Below, one piece after another: positions 1 to 9,055 of a stretch of DNA of 55,669 nt (positions are counted from its first letter, which is position 1; the number at the start of each line of letters is the position of its first letter). The stretch is taken from the NCBI GenBank assembly GCA_050015515.1, contig JBEKBG010000004.1, forward strand, positions 1-55,669, read 5' to 3'. The notes under the pieces were generated by a model that was not told the DNA's origin, did not search any database, and saw only the letters and a list, made by a program, of their open reading frames with translations. The translations under genes were made by a program, and so were the position numbers. The DNA is from Minisyncoccia bacterium (GTDB lineage: Bacteria > Patescibacteriota > Minisyncoccia > UBA6257 > 2-01-FULL-56-20).

Positions 1-144
1 GTTTTCCCGTGCGGCGCCGTCATCCTGCGGCATCAGCTTTACGTCTATTACGGCGGCGCGGATAAAGTGGTGGGCGTCGCGTCCATTGATGTGGATATGC
101 TCGTTGAGGGATTGGTGCGGGAGGCGGGATTTGGAGGGAATTAG
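1..144 (+). CDS. 3' fragment of a GH130-like glycoside phosphorylase/hydrolase (start outside window)
   Basis: Frame 1 is open from base 1 to TAG 142-144. The peptide VFPCGAVILRHQLYVYYGGADKVVGVASIDVDMLVEGL resembles the conserved VFPCG...YYGxAD C-terminus of GH130/DUF377 proteins. It is not in the ORF track because it has no start. Confidence 0.5.
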   Translation, partial: VFPCGAVILRHQLYVYYGGADKVVGVASIDVDMLVEGLVREAGFGGN

Positions 145-211
145 GCGTGAAAATCCTGCCGGGCGCACGCGAAATAGCATTGATATTGCATAGAGAAACG
201 GGTGTGGGGGA

Positions 212-240
212 AAAAGAAAAAAGCGCAGATCTCTCTGCGC
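212..240 (-). terminator. Intrinsic terminator for the 262-489 gene
   Basis: GCGCAG/CTGCGC hairpin at 223-240. It is preceded on the + strand by an A-run, which is a U-run after the stem on the minus strand. Confidence 0.6.
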
Positions 241-261
241 TTGTGGTCGGAATAGTGATCC

Positions 262-489
262 TCACGATCGAGGACCGAATTTGGGCAAACAACGGATGAG
301 GGATGGCGGCGTAAGCACCAGCCCTACAAATAATCCGATGCCGCCCACAAGAATCCCTGTTGCCCAAACGAACGCCATACCGTCGCCCCGCTGTTTTCTC
401 ACGTAGGCGATGGTGCTATCGGGTCGAATCAGGTCGATGCACATCAAGATGAGCCCAAACACGAACCATCCGATCAAAAATCGTGTCAT
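262..489 (-). CDS. Small membrane protein, unknown function
   Basis: 75-aa ORF with two hydrophobic segments. GAGGAG RBS upstream of the ATG at 489 and a terminator just downstream. Confidence 0.6.
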   Translation of the reverse strand: MTRFLIGWFVFGLILMCIDLIRPDSTIAYVRKQRGDGMAFVWATGILVGGIGLFVGLVLTPPSLIRCLPKFGPRS

Positions 490-551
490 GCGACAATCTC
501 CTCTCTATTCAATAGAATACGCAACAATCAACAAATGTCAATGATCAATAG

Positions 552-578
552 CCCAAAAAATCGTTTGAAAATCGTCCA
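552..578. promoter_or_regulatory. 27-nt motif CCCAAAAAATCGTTTGAAAATCGTCCA (copy 1 of 2) with AAAATCGT direct repeats 11 nt apart
   Basis: 25/27 identical to 53424-53450. Lies in the divergent intergenic region between the 262-489 gene and the MarR operon. Confidence 0.4.
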
Positions 579-641
579 TGGCTCGAACTTTTTAGCTCTC
601 AAAAAGTTCTAATACAGGTACACGTCTGCCGTTATCCCCAG

Positions 642-671
642 TTGACTTTGCGTACTCTTCCGCGCTAAAAT
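642..671 (+). promoter_or_regulatory. Candidate sigma70-type promoter of the MarR efflux operon
   Basis: TTGACT (642-647), 18-nt spacer, TAAAAT (666-671). TAGTTA direct repeats follow between the -10 and the start codon. Confidence 0.4.
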
Positions 672-694
672 AGTTAAGTAACCTAATAGTTATT

Positions 695-1126
695 ATGCCG
701 AACAAACAGGCCACCATGGAGGAGCTCGTGTCGCACATATTCATTATGGGGCGGCTGATGCGCGATAAGATGCACAAGCATATCGGCGCCGGGCAATGCA
801 CGCTGATGGAATTCGAGACGCTCAAATACGTCAAGGACGCGGGCAAGCCGCATATGCATGATGTGGCAAAGACATTCCACATCACCCCGCCTGCGGCGAC
901 GCTCATGATCGACGGACTCGTAAAGGCAAAGCTGCTCGCGCGGGTGCTCGATCCGAACGATCGTCGTTCGGTGCGCGTGGCGATCACGCCAAAAGGAAAA
1001 CAGCTCCTTGAGCGGGGGCTCACTAAAAAGGTGAAAGAGATGAAAAAGACCTTCGGCGTCCTTACCTCTTCGGAGCGCGCGCAATTTATCGCCATCATCA
1101 GAAAAATAATAAAAAACAACTCATAA
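695..1126 (+). CDS. MarR-family transcriptional regulator
   Basis: 143 aa with a winged-HTH pattern (TLMEFETLKYV...VAKTFHITPPAATLMIDGLVKAKLLARVLDPNDRRSVRVAITPKG). First gene of the efflux operon. Confidence 0.85.
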   Translation: MPNKQATMEELVSHIFIMGRLMRDKMHKHIGAGQCTLMEFETLKYVKDAGKPHMHDVAKTFHITPPAATLMIDGLVKAKLLARVLDPNDRRSVRVAITPKGKQLLERGLTKKVKEMKKTFGVLTSSERAQFIAIIRKIIKNNS

Positions 1127-1144
1127 TCTATTTTTATCACGCGC

Positions 1145-2689
1145 ATGAAGAAATTTTTTGCAAAAAATTATATCGCGGTTGCGATCATCGTCTTGCTTGC
1201 CGCCGCAGGCGGGGCGTATTGGTATGTCAGCACGGCAACCCCGCCGACGTTTGGCGCGGTGACCGTAGCAAAAGGCAACGTCGTCCAGTCAGTGGATGAA
1301 CCCGGAAGCGTGCTGGCAGAGAATAGCGCGGTAATGTCGTTTCAAGAAGGCGGACAGATCGCGCAGGTAAACGTAAGCGAGGGCAGCCAGGTGGCAGCGG
1401 GCACGGTGCTTGCCGATCTTGATTCGGCGCAATTGAGCGCGGCGGTGCAGCAGGCACAGGCGGCGGTATCTCAGGCGAACGCCGGGCTTGCAGCCGCGCA
1501 GGCGCAGCTGAGTCAGCTCGCGAGCGGCACGCGGCCGCAGCAGATCACGATTGACGAGAGCGCCGTCGCGAGCGCGGATCAGACGCTCGGCATCGCCGTC
1601 GGCAACGCGTACAGCGCGTCCGATGACGCAGTGCGCAATCAGCTCGACAATATGTTTTCCAATGCGCAATCAAATAATCCGGCATTTCTCGTGCCGAGCA
1701 ACGACGCGCAGGGAACGGTGAATAGCATTCAGAACCAGCGTGTGCAGATCGGCGCGGCACTTGCGGCGTGGTACGCGTCGTTGAACGCGACGAGCACCGG
1801 GTTTGATCCCGCATCGCTTTCGGCAATAGCGACGGCCAATCTTCAGCAGATACAATCGTATATTGATACCATCGCGCTCGTGGTAAACAACGCGAACACA
1901 AGCGTGTCAACGCCAGCTGCTACGCTCGCGCAATACAAGGGCAATATTGCGGCCGCGCGCGCGGAAATCGAAGCGTCCAACAGCGCGGTTTCCGGAAACC
2001 AGTCCGCGCTCACGGCGGCGCAGAACGTGCTCGCGCTCGCGCAGGCAGGATCGACGTCGCAGGCGATCGCGGCACAGCAGGCGGTGGTGGCGCAAGCGCA
2101 AGCAGCGGTGGCACAGGCGCAGGCCGCAGCGACGAGCGCGCAGGTGGCGCTTGATCATTCCTCGCTTGTTGCCCCGTTTGGGGGAACGGTACAGAATCTC
2201 ACCGCACAGGTTGGCCAAGTGGTCTCGCCGGGCGTGCCGATGATGACGCTCATCAACGCGAGCGGGCTCAAGATTGAAACCTATGTTTCGGAAAAAGATG
2301 TGGCGAATATAAAATCCGGCGATGCGGCGCAGGTGACGCTTGACGCATTCGGCACCAGTACGACGTTTCCCGCAACGGTCGGCACCGTGGACGCGGCGCA
2401 AACGCAAATAAACGGCGCAGCCGCATATATGGTGACCTTGCACTTTGTGAATCCCAATGGACAGATCAAGGACGGTATGACGGGGAATGTGCACATCATT
2501 GAAGCGGAACATGACAACGTCATCGCGGTGCCGAGCAATCTGGTGATCAACGATAACAATGCTTACTTTGTATTGGTGCAAAAAGGGAGTGTCGCTGAAA
2601 AAGTGTCCGTGCAGATCGGGCTCGTGGGTGCGAGTACAACGGAGATCACGTCGGGATTGAACGTCGGCGATACCATCACTAATTTTTAA
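1145..2689 (+). CDS. HlyD/membrane-fusion-type efflux adaptor with a long Ala/Gln-rich coiled coil
   Basis: 514 aa. N-terminal TM anchor, lipoyl-like segments flanking an extended coiled coil, and a C-terminal beta-barrel domain. Confidence 0.75.
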   Translation: MKKFFAKNYIAVAIIVLLAAAGGAYWYVSTATPPTFGAVTVAKGNVVQSVDEPGSVLAENSAVMSFQEGGQIAQVNVSEGSQVAAGTVLADLDSAQLSAAVQQAQAAVSQANAGLAAAQAQLSQLASGTRPQQITIDESAVASADQTLGIAVGNAYSASDDAVRNQLDNMFSNAQSNNPAFLVPSNDAQGTVNSIQNQRVQIGAALAAWYASLNATSTGFDPASLSAIATANLQQIQSYIDTIALVVNNANTSVSTPAATLAQYKGNIAAARAEIEASNSAVSGNQSALTAAQNVLALAQAGSTSQAIAAQQAVVAQAQAAVAQAQAAATSAQVALDHSSLVAPFGGTVQNLTAQVGQVVSPGVPMMTLINASGLKIETYVSEKDVANIKSGDAAQVTLDAFGTSTTFPATVGTVDAAQTQINGAAAYMVTLHFVNPNGQIKDGMTGNVHIIEAEHDNVIAVPSNLVINDNNAYFVLVQKGSVAEKVSVQIGLVGASTTEITSGLNVGDTITNF

Positions 2690-2697
2690 TCATCACT

Positions 2698-3348
2698 ATG
2701 CCTGAAAACGAAAAAAAACCATTAAGTGGTGGTCGCGGGAAATTAATGGTCTGGGTCATTGGGATACTTGTGGTCATCGGTGGTGTCGGTGCCGGATTAT
2801 ATTATTATGTTTCGTCAAAGACGGTCTATATCGATCTGTCGCAGATCCAGGCGCCGCTCATTAATCTTTCGCCGGCAAATTCCGGCGTGCTTCAGGCAAT
2901 GTATGTAAATCCTGGAGACGTGGTAACAGCGAATGAACCGATCGCGCTTGTTGGCAATCAAGTGGTGGAAGCGCAAACCGCCGGCGAGATCGTTACCATC
3001 AACAACAATATTGGCCAGTATATGAATACCATGACCGGACAAGGAACGGTGGCGACGATGATCGACCCGACCCAGCTTCGCGTCGTGGGGAATCTTGACG
3101 AGAACAAGGGATTGGATAATATTCAGGTCGGCGATTCGGCGACATTCACGGTGGACGCCTTCGGTGGGCAAACATTCAAGGGTGTTGTGGACGAGGTGGC
3201 ACCGACATCGGAGCAGAGTAGTGTTGTGTTCAACATTTCCGACCAGCGGCCGACGAACCAGTTCGCCGTCTACGTGCGCTTTGATCCGACGCAATATCCG
3301 CAGCTGAAGAACGGGATGTCGGCAAAGATCTGGGTATATAAGCAGTAA
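2698..3348 (+). CDS. HlyD-family secretion protein (EmrA-like short adaptor)
   Basis: 216 aa. TM anchor, lipoyl-like motif GVLQAMYVNPGDVVTANEPIALV, and a beta-barrel C-terminus. Confidence 0.75.
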   Translation: MPENEKKPLSGGRGKLMVWVIGILVVIGGVGAGLYYYVSSKTVYIDLSQIQAPLINLSPANSGVLQAMYVNPGDVVTANEPIALVGNQVVEAQTAGEIVTINNNIGQYMNTMTGQGTVATMIDPTQLRVVGNLDENKGLDNIQVGDSATFTVDAFGGQTFKGVVDEVAPTSEQSSVVFNISDQRPTNQFAVYVRFDPTQYPQLKNGMSAKIWVYKQ

Positions 3349-3426
3349 AAATGAGAGGCTCCTTCTTTTTACACGCAAATGCCACGTAGGAACGTGAGCG
3401 TGTAAAAAGAAGGAGCCTCTCATTTT
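3348..3426. repeat. 29-bp perfect inverted repeat (long hairpin) starting at the stop codon of the adaptor gene; probable terminator
   Basis: Arms 3348-3376 and 3398-3426 are exact reverse complements. The 21-nt loop contains the mini-hairpin CACGT-AGGA-ACGTG (3383-3396). An A-run precedes and a T-run follows. Confidence 0.8.
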
Positions 3427-3440
3427 TATCAATCCAATAT

Positions 3441-4940
3441 ATGCAAGAAGAAGAAATAAAGACAAAACCGAGCAACGCCCGCTGGTGGGTGTTGGGTACC
3501 GTCATCTTCGGGACTTTTTTAGGCCGCCTTGACCAGACGGTGGTCAATCTTGCGTTGCCGAAGATCATCGGCGATTTTAGTATCAGCGTTTCGGACGCGG
3601 CGTGGATCTCCACGGCGTACATTCTGGCGAACGCGGTGTTCGTCCCGGTGTGGGGAAAGCTCGGAGACACCGCCGGACGAAAGAAAATATACCTGATCGG
3701 ATTCATCGGCTTCATCATCGCGTCAGGATTGTGCGCGGTTGCGTGGAATCTTCCTTCGATGATCGTGTTCCGTATCATCCAGGGGTTTGCCGTGTCTGCG
3801 GATTATCCGACCGCGATGGCGATCATCGCCATCACCTTCACCGACCTCAAAGAACGGGCGCAGGCGCTCGGTATCTGGTCCGCGGCGTTCGCCGTGGCGT
3901 CGGTATTCGGTCCGCTCATCGGGGGTCCGCTTATCGACAATTTCAACTGGCGTGCAGTGTTTTTCATCAATATTCCGCTCGGCATCATCGGGTTGTTCCT
4001 CGCGCTTACCTTTATTGACGAATCGGTGGGGAAGCAGCGCCACGCGCGCTTTGACTGGTGGGGGGCGAGCTCGCTTGCCGCCGCGCTCTTTACCCTCACT
4101 TTTGTATTGGACCAGGGGCAGACGTGGGGATGGTCGTCCGCATCGAGCATCGCGTGCTACATCGGCACCGTCGTGTTTGCCGCCTTGTTCTATATGATCG
4201 AAGTGCGGCAGGAAGAGCCGATCGTAGATTTTAAATTCTTCAAGATTCCCGCGTTCGTAAATACATTAGGGAACAACTTCATTGTGTTCATGGGAATGAT
4301 CGGGAGCATCTTCCTGATCCCCATCTTTGCCGAGACGTTTTTGGGATACGATGCGACGCAAACCGGCTATCTTTTTATCCCGATGGCGGCGGCGATGATG
4401 TTGGCGGCACCGCTCGGCGGCAAGCTAATCGGAAAAATAAAACCGGGATACGTCATCTTCGCAAGCACGTTTGTGGCGGGCATCGGGCTTTATTTCTTTT
4501 CATTCATCGACGCGCGCTCGACCGCGATGGCCATCATGTTCCCACTTGTCATATTGGCATTCGGTCTCGGTTTCGGTATGCCGCAGCGTACCAACATCAT
4601 CGCGCAAGTGGTGCCGAAAGATGAGATCGGCGAAGCGTCGGCGGTACTTGCGCTCGTCAGGAACATCTCCGGTGCGTTCGGCGTCGCCATCTTCAGCACC
4701 ATTCTCGATAACGTCGTCAACTCGAATGTGTTCTCGATCGCACGCCAGAGCGTTTTGAACGGATCGGGTGTGCAATTGATGAAGCAATTCACGGCACTCA
4801 TCATTCTAAAGGCCGAGGTCTCGGGGTATGCAACGGTATTCCTCATCGCGTCGGGGGTTGTTTTCGCCGGGTCGTTCCTCGCATTTTTCATCCACGTACC
4901 AAAGGAGGATATCGGAGAGCACGTAATGATTTTGGACTAG
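3441..4940 (+). CDS. MFS transporter, DHA2 (EmrB/QacA, 14-TMS) drug:H+ antiporter family
   Basis: 499 aa and highly hydrophobic. Motifs LDQTVVNLALP and GKLGDTAGRKK, in operon with two HlyD-type adaptors. Confidence 0.85.
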   Translation: MQEEEIKTKPSNARWWVLGTVIFGTFLGRLDQTVVNLALPKIIGDFSISVSDAAWISTAYILANAVFVPVWGKLGDTAGRKKIYLIGFIGFIIASGLCAVAWNLPSMIVFRIIQGFAVSADYPTAMAIIAITFTDLKERAQALGIWSAAFAVASVFGPLIGGPLIDNFNWRAVFFINIPLGIIGLFLALTFIDESVGKQRHARFDWWGASSLAAALFTLTFVLDQGQTWGWSSASSIACYIGTVVFAALFYMIEVRQEEPIVDFKFFKIPAFVNTLGNNFIVFMGMIGSIFLIPIFAETFLGYDATQTGYLFIPMAAAMMLAAPLGGKLIGKIKPGYVIFASTFVAGIGLYFFSFIDARSTAMAIMFPLVILAFGLGFGMPQRTNIIAQVVPKDEIGEASAVLALVRNISGAFGVAIFSTILDNVVNSNVFSIARQSVLNGSGVQLMKQFTALIILKAEVSGYATVFLIASGVVFAGSFLAFFIHVPKEDIGEHVMILD

Positions 4941-4965
4941 CCATCTTGTTATAATTATTTATCAT

Positions 4966-6084
4966 ATGCCCATTGCCGTCATCGCAAGTCTTATCGTTTT
5001 CGAAATATTGCTCGTCATCGTGCATCTTGCGGTATACGCAACGCTTGCGGCAGCGTTCGGCATCGGCGGTGCGTGGTTGAAGATCCTATTTGTCATCCTC
5101 GCGCTCACGTTCGTCTCGGCATCGGCGCTTGCACATTTTTATAAAGGCGCGGTGGTGGATCGGTATTATCAGTTCTCGGCGTACTGGTTTGGGCTTGTGC
5201 ATTTTCTCTTCGGCGGCGCGGTGATATTTTATTTCACACTCAATATTTTTTATGCGCATGACGTGTATGTGTCGCCGGCGCTTGTCGGCGGCATCGCGTT
5301 CGGTGTGGCGTTCTTGTTGCACCTTTATGGTACGGTGCATAGCCAGCGTCCAAAGGTTACGAGCGTAAAAATTCCTCTTGCGTCGCTGCCCGGATTCCGC
5401 GCCGATTTTTGGAAAGGCAAAAAGATCGTGTTCGTGAGCGACCTCCAGCTGGGGAATATCTATCGGCAAAAATTTACCGCGCGGGTGGCTGCAAAGATAA
5501 ACGCGCTTAACCCGCATGTGGTACTGATTGGCGGCGATCTCTACGACGGCGTCGTGTGCGATGAAGAAAAATTGATTAAGCCGCTGCGCACGCTGCATCC
5601 GCCCGGCGGCGTATACTTCATCACCGGCAATCACGAATATTATCTGCCGGACATTCCGCGTGCATTGGCAACAATCCGTGCCGCTAGTATCACCATATTA
5701 GATGACGAAAAAGTAGACATTGGCGGTATCGAGGTCATCGGCGTTGACTACCGCTCGGCGCATAAAAAAGAGGATTTCAAAAAAGTATTGGAGCGCATCG
5801 GCGTTGATCGCGCACGGCCGAGCATCCTTTTGAAGCACGAGCCGACCGATCTTGACGTTGCCGCCGCCGCCGGCGTTTCGCTCACACTTTCCGGTCACAC
5901 GCATCACGGCCAAATATTTCCGCTTATGTTCTTTACCTGGCAGATCTATAAAGGATTCGACTACGGACTGAAGCGCCTTGGCGGCATGCAAGTCTTTACC
6001 TCCAGTGGCGCTGGTACGTGGGGTCCGCCGCTAAGATTAGGAACGAAGTCGGAGATCGTGGAGATAAATTTTATTGACAAATAA
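4966..6084 (+). CDS. Membrane-anchored metallophosphoesterase
   Basis: 372 aa. N-terminal TM helices, then calcineurin-like motifs (VSDLQLG, GGDLYDG, GNHEYY, GHTHHGQ). Confidence 0.8.
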   Translation: MPIAVIASLIVFEILLVIVHLAVYATLAAAFGIGGAWLKILFVILALTFVSASALAHFYKGAVVDRYYQFSAYWFGLVHFLFGGAVIFYFTLNIFYAHDVYVSPALVGGIAFGVAFLLHLYGTVHSQRPKVTSVKIPLASLPGFRADFWKGKKIVFVSDLQLGNIYRQKFTARVAAKINALNPHVVLIGGDLYDGVVCDEEKLIKPLRTLHPPGGVYFITGNHEYYLPDIPRALATIRAASITILDDEKVDIGGIEVIGVDYRSAHKKEDFKKVLERIGVDRARPSILLKHEPTDLDVAAAAGVSLTLSGHTHHGQIFPLMFFTWQIYKGFDYGLKRLGGMQVFTSSGAGTWGPPLRLGTKSEIVEINFIDK

Positions 6085-6231
6085 ATATTATTATGATAAA
6101 TTGTTTATCGGTAATTTCCAATACCTTGGCTACTTGGGTTAAGTAGCGGAAAGGCGGCTGGTATGCTGCTTAGCTTGAAGTTACGAGCATTGAATGCAAG
6201 ATTCTTGCAGTTCAATCGCAAGGTTGTTTCA

Positions 6232-6636
6232 ATGCAGGGTTCGCAAACGGACGAGCTCGTGCAGTCGGGGAAGATCATTACCCCGTATCCAAAAACCATT
6301 TGCACGCGTCATTTTCCGCTCCGGCCGCGTGATGAACAAGTGTTGGCTGTTATCGTTCCAAATTTGGATGATATCGAAGCGTTAGGGCTTTCTCGCCCGA
6401 CCTTTGAACAGGCGATTCGCTTTGTCTCACAGCTCACACCGGGGGACGCGCATAAAGAGAAGACTCTTGTGTTCCCTTCGGAAAAGCCGTTTTCTGGGGA
6501 CGTTCTGCCCACCATCCCATGCTGGCTCACGCTAGTGTGGAGATCTAAGCGTGAATTATCTGAGCTCTGCCTCTACTTCATTGAACGCGGTGCTTGGCCG
6601 GAGAACACCGAAGTCGTCGCTTTCGCCACCCTGTAG
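6232..6636 (+). CDS. Hypothetical protein
   Basis: ORF 6163-6636. The internal ATG at 6232 (MQGSQTDE...) is the more plausible start. An intrinsic terminator follows. No family recognised. Confidence 0.45.
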   Translation: MQGSQTDELVQSGKIITPYPKTICTRHFPLRPRDEQVLAVIVPNLDDIEALGLSRPTFEQAIRFVSQLTPGDAHKEKTLVFPSEKPFSGDVLPTIPCWLTLVWRSKRELSELCLYFIERGAWPENTEVVAFATL

Positions 6637-6654
6637 CGCCTTACGGGTCTTTGC

Positions 6655-6688
6655 CCCGTGCTGGAAATATTTCAGCACGGGCTTTTTT
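6655..6688 (+). terminator. Intrinsic terminator
   Basis: 9-bp stem CCCGTGCTG/CAGCACGGG (6655-6663 / 6673-6681) followed by TTTTTT. Confidence 0.75.
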
Positions 6689-7259
6689 ATTTCTTCTCCG
6701 CCGCCGGCCGGTGCAAAAGCATAAAGCAGAGGATCAGCGCGAATGCAGTGAGCGACATTGTGGGGATGGTGATATAGCCGTACGTGATGAAATAAACGTA
6801 AGAGCAAGTCGGGCCGATCGCCGAACAGGGGACGAGCGCGTCGCCGCCGAACTGGAGATACATGTGATACGCGGCGATAGGGAATCCGATGGCCGAGAGC
6901 GCGAGGCATGCCTTTTGGGTGAGGTTTTGAAATCGGCGCACATGCTCTTCTTTCCGTGCAAACAGTGCGAGGAAGAGGATCACTGCCTGCGTGTAGAGCA
7001 ACCCGCGCTGGATCCAGCAGAGCTCGCATGGCGCAAAGTGCGCGAACTCGGAATAGAACAAGCTGCCCACTACGGACGCGAGTGTCACCAAGAATGAGAG
7101 CATTATCGCGCGCCTTCCGACAAAGTCGTCAACTTTTTTGCCCCAGCCATGCTCGCTGAGCGGCGTAAGGATAATCGAAAATAAAAATATTACAACAATA
7201 TCTGATGCGATCGTGCCGAGCGAAAGGATGTTGGTGACGAATTGGACAAAAGGAGTCAT
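6687..7259 (-). CDS. DsbB/BdbC-family disulfide bond formation protein
   Basis: 190 aa. PCELCWIQR motif plus a second Cys pair (PCSAIGPTC) in a 4-TM core, very like Bacillus BdbC. Has an extra ~50-aa N-terminal TM extension. Confidence 0.8.
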   Translation of the reverse strand: MTPFVQFVTNILSLGTIASDIVVIFLFSIILTPLSEHGWGKKVDDFVGRRAIMLSFLVTLASVVGSLFYSEFAHFAPCELCWIQRGLLYTQAVILFLALFARKEEHVRRFQNLTQKACLALSAIGFPIAAYHMYLQFGGDALVPCSAIGPTCSYVYFITYGYITIPTMSLTAFALILCFMLLHRPAAEKK

Positions 7260-7288
7260 GGGGAGATGTTAAAAGTAAATTAATTATA

Positions 7289-7720
7289 TCACAGTGCACA
7301 GCCGGTCTTCGTGGCGAGCGTCTGCGGCGTTTGCACGCCCACCAACCGCGAGCCATCGGCAAAGACCCACGTCGGATACTGTGTGATGTTGTGGCCGATA
7401 CATACCTGCACCTCGCTTCCGCCGGAGCCGCTGCTAGCACTGCCGCTCGGCAGCGCACATTCCATGTACGGAAGATATTGCCCGCCGGTGCCGAACTTGG
7501 TCTTTTGCGCCGCGCAGTGTGGGCACCAGGATGCGCCGTAGAACGTGGCGTCGCTTTGCGCGATACACTTTGCGAGCGCGTCATACAAGTGCGCCGGCGG
7601 CGGCAATCCTTGCCAGTACACAAATGCCGCAAGTGCGGCGCAGATGGCGAACATCACAATGATGGCGATCCGAATTTGGCGCAAGCTCAATTTTTGCTCT
7701 TCGGTGGCACCGTTTACCAT
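7289..7720 (-). CDS. Membrane-anchored thioredoxin-like protein of the type normally fused to VKOR
   Basis: 143 aa. TM anchor, then FYGASWCPHCAAQKTKFG...YMEC...C...ITQYPTW, the pattern of the Trx-like domain of bacterial VKOR homologues. Confidence 0.7.
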   Translation of the reverse strand: MVNGATEEQKLSLRQIRIAIIVMFAICAALAAFVYWQGLPPPAHLYDALAKCIAQSDATFYGASWCPHCAAQKTKFGTGGQYLPYMECALPSGSASSGSGGSEVQVCIGHNITQYPTWVFADGSRLVGVQTPQTLATKTGCAL

Positions 7721-7809
7721 CCATCAATCGTACTACTTTTTATGAAGCGACGGAAATGGGATAATGAAATAAATCCCGGGGGCGGCTGTAATAAAATCAC
7801 AGGCGTCCA

Positions 7810-8385
7810 ATGAACACCATGCCCGAAATGCCCGAACCCGAACGAACCGACGAGGAGGTCGCCGCCCTGGTGCAAAAGGGCGATATTGATTCGTTCCGCA
7901 TATTGGTGGAGCGGTACGACGCCAAGCTCACCCGGTATGCCAAGCGATTTTTCTTTCATGGGGATGATGGAAAGGATCTCGTGCAGGAAGTGTTCATCAA
8001 GGCGTACGTGAACATTAAAAGTTTTGATACCGCGCGGCGCTTTTCACCGTGGATCTATCGCATCGCACACAATGAGTTTGTGAACAATATCAAGAAGCGG
8101 CAGAAGGAGCGCGATAATGTTTCCATTTTTGATTTTGACACGCTCTTTCCACACCTCATAGCAAAGGAGACCGCCGATGACGGATTCAACAAGGCGGAGG
8201 TTAAGCGCATGCTCGAACGATCGCTCGACACCTTGAGCGAGAAATATAAAGAGCCGCTCGTATTGTATTATTTTGAGGACATGGACTATCGCGAGATCGC
8301 GGACATTCTTCATATTCCTGTTTCCACGGTGGGCGTGCGGCTGCAGCGGGGGAGGATGATGTTGAAAAAGATTATAAAAGAATAA
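7810..8385 (+). CDS. ECF-type RNA polymerase sigma-70 factor
   Basis: 191 aa. Region 2 (FSPWIYRIAHNEFVN) and region 4 HTH (YREIADILHIPVSTVGVRLQRGR). Confidence 0.85.
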   Translation: MNTMPEMPEPERTDEEVAALVQKGDIDSFRILVERYDAKLTRYAKRFFFHGDDGKDLVQEVFIKAYVNIKSFDTARRFSPWIYRIAHNEFVNNIKKRQKERDNVSIFDFDTLFPHLIAKETADDGFNKAEVKRMLERSLDTLSEKYKEPLVLYYFEDMDYREIADILHIPVSTVGVRLQRGRMMLKKIIKE

Positions 8386-8386
8386 A

Positions 8387-9055
8387 ATGAAAAACGACAG
8401 CGACGAGATCATCAATACCATAAAGAGCGGCGAAACGAAGATGCATTCGCGCGCCTATTTTATGGCGCGCGCGGCGCTGGTGCTGCTCGCTGCCGTGTTG
8501 CTATTTTTACTGATCCTTTTTGTGGCCACCTTCATCGTTTTTGCCTTGCAGGAGAACGGCGGATTTTTTGCCACCAACTTTGGGCCTGCCGGCTGGGGCG
8601 CGTTCTTTGCATCGTTGCCATGGACCTTGTTATTGCTTTCCCTCGCGCTTGTCCTTATCCTTTGGATCGTTCTCCGACGCTATTCGGTGGTATATCATCA
8701 GCCCTTCCTTTATATTCTTCTTCTCCTGATCGTGATGGTTTCGCTCTCATGCGTTTTCATATCCGCAGGCTCTATTCACGGCGGGATCTATCGCTACGTA
8801 TCAAGAAATCCGATCCCGGTGATATCGGGCGTCTATGAATTTGAGACCGCGCCGGCAGGCGGCGTCTATCGTGGTCAAGTGGTGACGCTTTCTACAAGCA
8901 GCTTTGTCTTGGAAAATATTTTGGGCCAGACCTCAACGGTGCTTGTCACGCCGGTCGGGATCGATCCGGGAGATTATGTCATCGTATTCGGTCACGGCGT
9001 GGCGACGGCCACGATCCAGGCATCCGGCGTGGAGACGATCGTGGATTATCAGTAG
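8387..9055 (+). CDS. Multi-pass membrane protein, possible anti-sigma factor
   Basis: 222 aa. Starts 1 nt after the sigma gene stop. Several TM helices. The anti-sigma role is inferred from position only. Confidence 0.5.
   Translation: MKNDSDEIINTIKSGETKMHSRAYFMARAALVLLAAVLLFLLILFVATFIVFALQENGGFFATNFGPAGWGAFFASLPWTLLLLSLALVLILWIVLRRYSVVYHQPFLYILLLLIVMVSLSCVFISAGSIHGGIYRYVSRNPIPVISGVYEFETAPAGGVYRGQVVTLSTSSFVLENILGQTSTVLVTPVGIDPGDYVIVFGHGVATATIQASGVETIVDYQ

Noticed and set aside
6190-6216. Imperfect palindrome TTGAATGCAAGA / TCTTGCAGTTCAA upstream of the 6232 start.
   Set aside because: It is a single copy with an unpaired base in one arm, and lies inside the longer version of the ORF (6163 start). 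There is insufficient evidence for an operator.
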